Positions 57,054 through 64,000 of a stretch of 64,000 nt of DNA are shown piece after piece. The DNA comes from an uncultured virus (IMG/VR IMGVR_UViG_3300042389_001675) (Duplodnaviria; Heunggongvirae; Uroviricota; Caudoviricetes): IMG/VR virus record IMGVR_UViG_3300042389_001675; one strand, 5' to 3'. The translations under genes and the position numbers were made by a program. The notes beneath the pieces are model-generated. The model was not told the DNA's origin. It made no database searches and was given only the letters and a program-made list of their open reading frames with translations. How positions within the stretch are numbered: position 1 is the stretch's first letter; every line of letters begins with the position of its first letter.

Positions 57054-58001
57054 TCAGACGAAGTCGACGCGAGCCAGACCTGACGTATGGCCGATCGTAC
57101 CACCGAGTGATTCGTAGGCGAAGAACTCGATGAAATAGGCCTCCCGACGAATGTACATAGTTGTATCTTCGAGGAGATAGCTCTTGCCAATGAACTTAGG
57201 GTCAGCGAAATGATACATCGTGCCGGTAGGCACAAGACCTTTCTTGATCGTAATCACCAGCTTGACGCCCATGAATTCGCTGAGCGTCCAGCCGTTGCGC
57301 ATGATTTCTTCGCTCAGGTCGCCACCCATTTCATTGCGTGTGAATTTTGCAACATCCTTGATGGTGATGTTGTTCATCAGCACGCAGTGAACTTCCAGAT
57401 TGGAAGGCGTTTCTGGCATGATCTTCATGCTATCAAACAGGGTATCACGGGTGATACCGCCGTTGATGACCTTGTACTGCACGGTGCCTGAGGTCGGTAC
57501 CGTTGCGTTGGGGCCAACCAGCGCCGTGTTCACCGCCGAGATAAACTTGCCGTCTTCTTCGGCCAGCATATCCTTGATGGCGTTGTCGCTCAGCACCTGG
57601 CGGATGTCCATGTACCAGGTCCGCAGTTCATCCACATCCTTGGTGAACTTTGGCGTTACGATACGATCAAAGGTCACCTTGTACCGGTCACCCTTGATGT
57701 ACAGATTCGTCGGCAGTGTGGCGAAACCAATCGAGACAGCGGCTGGGCTGTTGGGTTCCTTGTCCACAATCTTGACCGGCTTGTCCGTATCCACCTGACG
57801 ATCCAGGTCGTCGTTGGAAATCGGAACAGGCGGCATAATCCGGCGGTAGAAGCCGTCTTCACGCATTTTAATGCGAGTGAAGTCATTGACGGCGTCAACT
57901 GCCTGCTTCTCCAGCGTCCAGTCGCGCGAGGAGAGCTTGTCAAGAATCGTCTGACTCAGGAGCTTGGATTCTTCCTGGGTCATACCGGTTGAATAAGCCA
58001 T
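57054..58001 (-). CDS. Major capsid protein (HK97 fold)
   Basis: Start ATG 58001 (GGAGG RBS), 315 aa; MREDGFYRRIMPP, AEEDGKFI, VLMN, FFAYESLGGTIG; after protease, scaffold and decoration genes. Confidence 0.82.
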   Translation of the reverse strand: MAYSTGMTQEESKLLSQTILDKLSSRDWTLEKQAVDAVNDFTRIKMREDGFYRRIMPPVPISNDDLDRQVDTDKPVKIVDKEPNSPAAVSIGFATLPTNLYIKGDRYKVTFDRIVTPKFTKDVDELRTWYMDIRQVLSDNAIKDMLAEEDGKFISAVNTALVGPNATVPTSGTVQYKVINGGITRDTLFDSMKIMPETPSNLEVHCVLMNNITIKDVAKFTRNEMGGDLSEEIMRNGWTLSEFMGVKLVITIKKGLVPTGTMYHFADPKFIGKSYLLEDTTMYIRREAYFIEFFAYESLGGTIGHTSGLARVDFV

Positions 58002-58066
58002 TGTGCAAAACCTCCGTGTAAGCCTACCGGCTAAGCTCACTGCCGAGCCGGTTACAGCCTGGTAAC

Positions 58067-58606
58067 TCAGTTAGGGAAAACCGGGAATGGCCAGAAAGCC
58101 AGCGCGTTCTTGCCGTAGCCGTTGTCAACAACACCACGAGAAACGATGCCAACGATCATGTCGCTGTAAAGGGTTCCCGCCACCAATTTGCCAGGATTTG
58201 TATCTCCGGACAGATTAGCGGTAAGCGGCGTGTTAGGCGGATACGAGCCAGCCACGTAGGCCGTGCTCACCAGTTCGTAAGCACCAATTGCCACCAGGGC
58301 CAGCGCCTGACCTACCGGAGCAATCGGAATCCAGACACCGGCTGTGGTTGAAGCGTCGCCGCCGTCGTTCTGAACGTCCGGATCGTCCGAATTGTTGAAC
58401 AGGAACAGCGGCATTACAGCCGTTGTGCCTACGCCCAGGATGTAGTTACCGGAGCTGTTCAGTGATACCACTGAACCAGCCAGTACCGGCAAATCACCGG
58501 AAGGAATCGAACTATCAAACGCAGCGTGGTAATCCACTGCGTTCATCTGCGGCCAACCCTTCAACGCGTTGAGAGTGTTGGCGGTCATCTGCCGTGGAGC
58601 AGCCAT
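58067..58606 (-). CDS. Putative capsid decoration/cement protein
   Basis: 179 aa, beta/Gly-rich, directly upstream of the capsid gene; AGGAGG RBS. Confidence 0.65.
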   Translation of the reverse strand: MAAPRQMTANTLNALKGWPQMNAVDYHAAFDSSIPSGDLPVLAGSVVSLNSSGNYILGVGTTAVMPLFLFNNSDDPDVQNDGGDASTTAGVWIPIAPVGQALALVAIGAYELVSTAYVAGSYPPNTPLTANLSGDTNPGKLVAGTLYSDMIVGIVSRGVVDNGYGKNALAFWPFPVFPN

Positions 58607-58683
58607 ATCAATCCTCCTGAATCAGAATAAGGTCAACCTTCGACCTTGAGTTGAGAAGGTCCAAAAGACCTGCGGTAAGGAAG

Positions 58684-59121
58684 TTAGGAACGCGATGGAC
58701 CGTTCAAAACCGCCATCAGAGCCATATCGGAAGCTTTCTTCTCTGAAGTCAGTCTTCCAACATAGGGATCATTCAAGCTATCCCGCACACCGGCGGTCTT
58801 AACCGTCGTGTGATCCGGTACAGCCTGACCCAGGTCCGCCGCCGCCTTTTCCGATGCAGTCTTGTAGTAATGCATCTTATTGACCGCGTTAACCAGCAGA
58901 TCCAGGGTTTGAGCAGGATTGTTCAACATCTCGGCAGCAGCCTGCTTTTGATGCTGTGCAACACCGCCTGTACTCAGCAACAGCTCAAGAACCGCTTGCC
59001 GCTTGTCAGCCGCCTGCTTTTCCCGAGCACGATTGGCTTGCACTTCGCCCATCAATCGATCATTCAGCGCCGAGGAAGCGGCGACAAATTCGATTGCCAG
59101 GGCTGCGAGCTTCGTATTCAT
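58684..59121 (-). CDS. K-x-A-rich scaffold/core protein
   Basis: Start ATG 59121 (GGAGG RBS); helical; 7 K-x-A motifs. Confidence 0.65.
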   Translation of the reverse strand: MNTKLAALAIEFVAASSALNDRLMGEVQANRAREKQAADKRQAVLELLLSTGGVAQHQKQAAAEMLNNPAQTLDLLVNAVNKMHYYKTASEKAAADLGQAVPDHTTVKTAGVRDSLNDPYVGRLTSEKKASDMALMAVLNGPSRS

Positions 59122-59177
59122 CCGGAAACCTCCGTGCATAGAAACCAGTAAAAGAGTGCCAAAGCACTCGGGATGGA

Positions 59178-60407
59178 TTAACGGCGAGACCGGGCCAGGA
59201 CTTCCTGGATGTAGTCTCGGACTTGATTCTTGGCGGCACCCTTCTTAGCCGCAGCGGTCTTGGCGGCCGCAGCGACTTCCATGCCGGGAGCAGCGGCAGC
59301 GGTATCTTCGGCTTCAGCTCCGCCTTCGCCTTCTGCCGCCATGGCGGCTTCCAGCTCTTCCGGGGTGATGCCGTTTGCCTGCATAATGGCAATCAGCTGT
59401 TCCAGCTCATCGCCGCCCCCGCCAGCTTCAGGCGCTCCGCCCATCATGGCGTCTGCCATTTCAGCGGGAGGGCCACCAGCCATGGCAGGATCCATCGGCA
59501 TTTCGCCTTCGGCCTGCTTGGCCAGTTCAGCACTGTAATTTGCCAGGAAAGTCGCCACCTTGTCAGCGTCGTCCGAAGCTGTCTTGATGATTTCTTCCAG
59601 CGTGTGCTGTACCAGGCTATCAGCTGCGCGCTTGTCGAAATTACCGCTAAGCAATCCGGCCAGCTCCCAACCGGCCTGTCCGGCCAGATCAACAGCTTCC
59701 TTCTCGTCCTCATCGTCAGTTTCGGCAGGCTTACCGCCGTTACGCAGGGCCTTGAAGTCTGAACCTTCCAGCTTACCGTTGTTATTTACGTCCAGCTTGT
59801 GCTGGCCGCCAACAAGTTCAGCTGCTTTCTGCATGTTGGCCAGTTCGACCAACAGCTGATTACCCAGGTCAGACGCAACCTTGGCCAGCGCGTCCAGCGA
59901 CATTTCGGCATACTTGTAACCGTCGAGCTGACTGTTGTTAGTCCGCGCGGGGTGTGCCGTATTGCCGAGGCGGCCGCCTGTGCTGTCTTCCTTTTCAGCT
60001 TTCACTGAAGAGGTTTCATTTGAAGGATCTTCACCGGTCGGTTCCTTCTTGGTGCCAATCTGCAGTTGATCGGCTGAAGCAGTACCTGCCGGATTAATTC
60101 CACCCATTTCCGACTTGCCGTCTACAGCCAGCTTGCGCCGCGCTGCAGCTTTCTTGTCCGCTACACCCTGCGCCGTGTTGTTGACTGAAGCCGGTCCCTG
60201 ATCAGCTTTCACGTCCGCGTCATTTTCGCGGGCGCGAGCACCTTCGGTAGCTTCTTCAGTCGAGTCATCCACGTCTTTCACAGGATGAGTCGTCGGGCCA
60301 CCTACGCTACCAGGCTCGGTGTGGGCCTCAGCAGCGCGCTTTTCGGTGGCGGCGATATCCTGCAGAAAACGATCGATAGACATCGACCCAATCGCAGAAG
60401 TATTCAT
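59178..60407 (-). CDS. Putative prohead scaffold/core protein
   Basis: 409 aa, acidic, Ala/Gly-rich, many K-x-A motifs; follows the protease gene. Confidence 0.7.
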   Translation of the reverse strand: MNTSAIGSMSIDRFLQDIAATEKRAAEAHTEPGSVGGPTTHPVKDVDDSTEEATEGARARENDADVKADQGPASVNNTAQGVADKKAAARRKLAVDGKSEMGGINPAGTASADQLQIGTKKEPTGEDPSNETSSVKAEKEDSTGGRLGNTAHPARTNNSQLDGYKYAEMSLDALAKVASDLGNQLLVELANMQKAAELVGGQHKLDVNNNGKLEGSDFKALRNGGKPAETDDEDEKEAVDLAGQAGWELAGLLSGNFDKRAADSLVQHTLEEIIKTASDDADKVATFLANYSAELAKQAEGEMPMDPAMAGGPPAEMADAMMGGAPEAGGGGDELEQLIAIMQANGITPEELEAAMAAEGEGGAEAEDTAAAAPGMEVAAAAKTAAAKKGAAKNQVRDYIQEVLARSRR

Positions 60408-60441
60408 TGCGCACTCCTTGCAAAACTTGTCAAGTCAGGCA

Positions 60442-63066
60442 TCATCCGTTAAAAACCAGATTTTGGCCCAGACTCAACCTGACAGTTGTTGGAAAGTCGG
60501 TGTCCACAGCAGCAACCCGCCAGAGACTTGCCAGCTTGTAGATGGCGTAGTCCTTGGCCAGTTGTTCTCCACCCTGGTCCCACGAGGCCGACTTTTCATA
60601 CACAGAAATCGCAGGAGCGCTGTGCCCCCGGATACAACTCAACAATACCCGATCTGTTACCGCAGCTTTGCTCAGCGAATAATCCGCATGCAAAGCAGCA
60701 GCCAGCATTCGAGCACTTTCAGTGGCTGTTTTGTCGATGAAATCACACTTTCCGGATTCGACCCGCAAAGGTAGTGATTCGTCCATCGTCATCCGTGTGT
60801 AAATTCCAGGTAAAACAGCAGCCGCACTTTTTAGGTGCATTTCCTGTCCAGCCAGCCTGGCATAATCACGAAGATTCAAAATGATTTTCCGATCAGCTAA
60901 AGCAGCCAACTGGGTATCACACTGTACGGAGCCAAACGCCGCCAGCTTTTCCACAGGGAAGGCCGGTGTGACAAAAGCTCGATAGCTATTAGCATCTATT
61001 GCGGCGGCTGATTTTTCAAGAGAAGCCAACCCATAACCCAGTTTAATTTGCGCGGTATGCGCTTCAGACCAACAACCGTGACTACCGTTTTGATACAGAA
61101 TTACAGCCAAGGGTGCTGTTGAACTTTCTGCCATTTTAATTGAGTTTTGCAACTCAAAGAATCCGGCGTCACTTGCCGCTTTTGTGAGGTAATCGGCTTT
61201 TGCCCCGTAGGCAATCCGATCGGCTGGGCGAAAAACCCGACTAATATCAAACCAGGTTGGATTGGGATTGTCTACATGCAAGTGATGTAAATCGTTGCCA
61301 ACTTTAACCAGGCGGGTCAGATTATCGCGGCAACCCCCAGCGGCGCACTTTTCACGGGTACAGTATTCGTCCCGCGTTTTGGCTGCGTGTTTGCAGAAAG
61401 AACAAATATCGTGCGGCACTCGGCAATTATGGCTGATTAAGCCACCCAAGCTATAAGACTCATCGTCCTCTACCTCAAAATTGTAAGTCTCTGCGTCAGT
61501 AACTTCACGTACTTGAATTTCTGCAATTCGGTAAGCGTATCGCCCGTCCGGACAAAACCGCATTGCAGCTGGTTTTGTCCGCTGTGTATGCGATGTCACA
61601 TAGTTTGCGGCTTTTTCGGAATCACCGGCTAACCGCCACAAGTCCAGGTGTGCGATATTCAGTGTATATTCGATACCACTGTTCTCATAACCGCTTGTGG
61701 CGCACTTAGTGTGGTCGATGCGATAGATCGAGGTTGGAATCCCCAAAGTAGCCAGCAAATCCCGGCCTTGCAGTAATAGTGCGCGATTTGCAGAAGACCA
61801 GTGTCCGCCCTTTTTATCAATCCAGCCATCACCATCCAGCCAAGCACCCAGAAAAGCCAGTTTGACTTCCGGTGTGGCGTTAAACAATTCCGGTGGAATT
61901 GCTTTATGCTTGCAGCCGCGACCCACATATTTGCGCAAAAATTCAGCAAACGCTGTGCTTTGCACCAGCACGCTTAAACCTTTATCGGTATTTCGCCGCG
62001 GTTTAATTTGTACAGTGATGTCCGGATAAAGGGCTTCCACCAGTTGCGGTAACCGTCGCGGCAGCGAATCAGTCAAGTTGCAATTAAAATCAACAGTGCA
62101 GGCGGTATCTTCGTTATAGTTGAAGCTACCCTCCGCAATGTAGTACCCCATGATTGCGGCCAGAATTTTGCAGTCAATTGCGCCATACCCGCTGAATCGA
62201 CCAACAGGCTGGTAAAAGAAGCGATCACCCGGTTGCAGATGTTCTGCATGTGTCCAATCCGCCGGGGCTGCCTCAAACGTAGCGTTATCTCGAAAATAAC
62301 GAGACGCTTTAACTTTGACACTGCTGGCTGCACAGGCAAAGGTTTTAGCCAGCATTGGATGATCTTCAGTTAATTCAAGTGGTAACGGTAAGCCATTACA
62401 CCGGAATGTATAGGCCTTACCTGTGAACTTACGCCGATTTAGCTGCGTTACCGGCTTCCAGCGGCCCTTGTGTGTCCAGACATACATGCCAACTTTAACT
62501 TCAGCAATAGGGACATAGCCATGATCGCGCGTCAATACCGGATAAGTTGGATCTAACACACAAGCCATGCTCACGGGCATATCTTCACCGCGAGCAATCT
62601 TCTCCAGCTCCGTCTCTGCCACAAAACCGCCATTACGGTCGGCCGCTTCTTTGGAGGCGTTCAGCGCTACCAGTAATTCCACACGCCGCATGTCGTCGTT
62701 GTAAGCTGAGGCTTTAACCACCCCGTAAAACGGATCGCCGCGTTCCGGTTTGTTCTGATGATTACGGAAAAACTTGGCAAACTTGACGAACGTGTCATGG
62801 TGTTGGCGGCAGGTAGCTTCCTTGAACCCGTCGCCGTTACGATTAGGTCCGTAGGCTTCACTGGCCCCCAGCGCAATCAGGTGCACGGGAACCTCGTCCT
62901 TGGCAAATTTCACGCGATCCAGCTGAGGCAGAAAGCTGTGGCTGGCTCGCTTGAGAAATTCACGCCGATCAGCGCCAATCAGGCCACGCTGACTCAGCTT
63001 GACGGGCTCCAGGGTGCGTTGTTCAAAATCCCATCCCGAGGGCGAGACAAACTTGACAAGTGCCAT
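60442..63066 (-). CDS. Putative prohead maturation protease interrupted by an intein (495 aa after splicing)
   Basis: NRNGDGF, FRNH, VSMA|CRVPHDICSFC, FDISRV..PAD; position before scaffold and capsid genes. Confidence 0.75.
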   Translation of the reverse strand: MALVKFVSPSGWDFEQRTLEPVKLSQRGLIGADRREFLKRASHSFLPQLDRVKFAKDEVPVHLIALGASEAYGPNRNGDGFKEATCRQHHDTFVKFAKFFRNHQNKPERGDPFYGVVKASAYNDDMRRVELLVALNASKEAADRNGGFVAETELEKIARGEDMPVSMACVLDPTYPVLTRDHGYVPIAEVKVGMYVWTHKGRWKPVTQLNRRKFTGKAYTFRCNGLPLPLELTEDHPMLAKTFACAASSVKVKASRYFRDNATFEAAPADWTHAEHLQPGDRFFYQPVGRFSGYGAIDCKILAAIMGYYIAEGSFNYNEDTACTVDFNCNLTDSLPRRLPQLVEALYPDITVQIKPRRNTDKGLSVLVQSTAFAEFLRKYVGRGCKHKAIPPELFNATPEVKLAFLGAWLDGDGWIDKKGGHWSSANRALLLQGRDLLATLGIPTSIYRIDHTKCATSGYENSGIEYTLNIAHLDLWRLAGDSEKAANYVTSHTQRTKPAAMRFCPDGRYAYRIAEIQVREVTDAETYNFEVEDDESYSLGGLISHNCRVPHDICSFCKHAAKTRDEYCTREKCAAGGCRDNLTRLVKVGNDLHHLHVDNPNPTWFDISRVFRPADRIAYGAKADYLTKAASDAGFFELQNSIKMAESSTAPLAVILYQNGSHGCWSEAHTAQIKLGYGLASLEKSAAAIDANSYRAFVTPAFPVEKLAAFGSVQCDTQLAALADRKIILNLRDYARLAGQEMHLKSAAAVLPGIYTRMTMDESLPLRVESGKCDFIDKTATESARMLAAALHADYSLSKAAVTDRVLLSCIRGHSAPAISVYEKSASWDQGGEQLAKDYAIYKLASLWRVAAVDTDFPTTVRLSLGQNLVFNG
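61426..62562 (-). mobile_element. 379-aa intein with LAGLIDADG homing endonuclease
   Basis: Starts CVLDPTYPVLT; block B LTEDHP; GYYIAEG and FLGAWLDGDG; ends TYNFEVEDDESY..ISHN followed by Cys. Confidence 0.95.
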
Positions 63067-63067
63067 A

Positions 63068-64000
63068 TCAATAGCCTCCGGGCGCTTGCATGCCCTGTAC
63101 CAGATTCTGTAACGTCTGGCGACTTGTACCCTGATCTTGTTTAGCTTGCGCGTAGCCTGTTATCGGGCTCTGCCCGGCGGCATCAAACAACGCATTAGCT
63201 GCTGCGGCAAGCAAACCTAAACGACCACCGCGTGCGGCTAAACTTGGTTTTTTAACTATTTTCTGTAAGCTGCCTTCTCCAAGAATGTGTTCGACATTAT
63301 CTTTCACAGCCTTGGGCACAGCCCCAGTCAGCATAGTGCCGCTCGGTAGTCTATCTTTAACGTATTGCACCCTTGTTGCATAGTTTGGAATTGCTGTCGC
63401 AATATTTTCTGATTGAGTCTGCATGCGTAAATTAGGCGGAGTTAACATACTCTCAATAGCGGCACGCTCTGACGGTGTAAGCTGAGCCTTCGGAGCAATT
63501 TTAATTGCCAGTTCGCGCGCCAGTCTGTCTTTATCAAACGTTTCCGGCAGTTTTGGTGCAAGCTTATGTAATACTCCGGTTGTCGCCGCAATACCGCCTG
63601 TCTGTAACGCCGCCGTAGATTCAGGAGCGTAAGGTTTTGCGTTTTCTTGCAGTTCTTTAATCAATTGGGCTTTTGTTGAATCAGGCTGCGCATTAAAGAT
63701 TTCTGGCTGACTTTTGTCATGATAGTTTGAAAGTTGCTCTGCAGTTTGCACTGCAGCTGAAGGGTTTGAGGGTTTGGTTGGTTCAACAACGCCTCTTTGT
63801 TTATCTATCAACTTAGTAATTAGCTGCGGGTTTAAAGCAAGACCTAAGCCTCCGCCCATGGCGGTACCTGCAATACCGCCGCGCAGCATATTACGCCGCA
63901 GACTACCTTCACCAGACACCAGCGATTTACCAAGTCCAGCGGCCGTACCTAGACCGCCGCCAACAAGCGAAGATCGCACAACATTCTTGGAAGCGTCATC
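63068..64000 (-). CDS. Gly-rich hydrophobic-segment protein (possible internal head/ejection protein), 5'-truncated
   Basis: Frame is open to the window edge; GGGLGTAAGLG and GGIAGTAMGGGLGL glycine-zipper-like segments. Confidence 0.6.
   Translation of the reverse strand, partial: DDASKNVVRSSLVGGGLGTAAGLGKSLVSGEGSLRRNMLRGGIAGTAMGGGLGLALNPQLITKLIDKQRGVVEPTKPSNPSAAVQTAEQLSNYHDKSQPEIFNAQPDSTKAQLIKELQENAKPYAPESTAALQTGGIAATTGVLHKLAPKLPETFDKDRLARELAIKIAPKAQLTPSERAAIESMLTPPNLRMQTQSENIATAIPNYATRVQYVKDRLPSGTMLTGAVPKAVKDNVEHILGEGSLQKIVKKPSLAARGGRLGLLAAAANALFDAAGQSPITGYAQAKQDQGTSRQTLQNLVQGMQAPGGY

Overview
The window is a virion morphogenesis region of a large tailed dsDNA phage (myovirus, probably jumbo-class). 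It holds about 48 densely packed genes, all on the minus strand. In transcription order (right to left): intein-interrupted prohead protease; K-x-A-rich scaffold/core proteins; decoration protein and HK97-fold major capsid; a glycosyltransferase-flanked fibre island (collagen, 13-domain LamG protein, sequon-packed protein); neck, sheath and tube; spike; chaperone pair with a -1 frameshift site; tape measure; hub; an embedded sigma-70 factor; baseplate; a membrane-protein cassette with an MMP-like metalloprotease and a papain-like protease; five Cys-rich paralogues; and a truncated collagen fibre. The best candidates for new biology are a virion glycosylation system, a possible protease-based lysis cassette, a dispersed palindrome AAWTCCGGAWTT and a K-x-A processing code. 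All product calls come from motifs and synteny by eye; no database searches were run.
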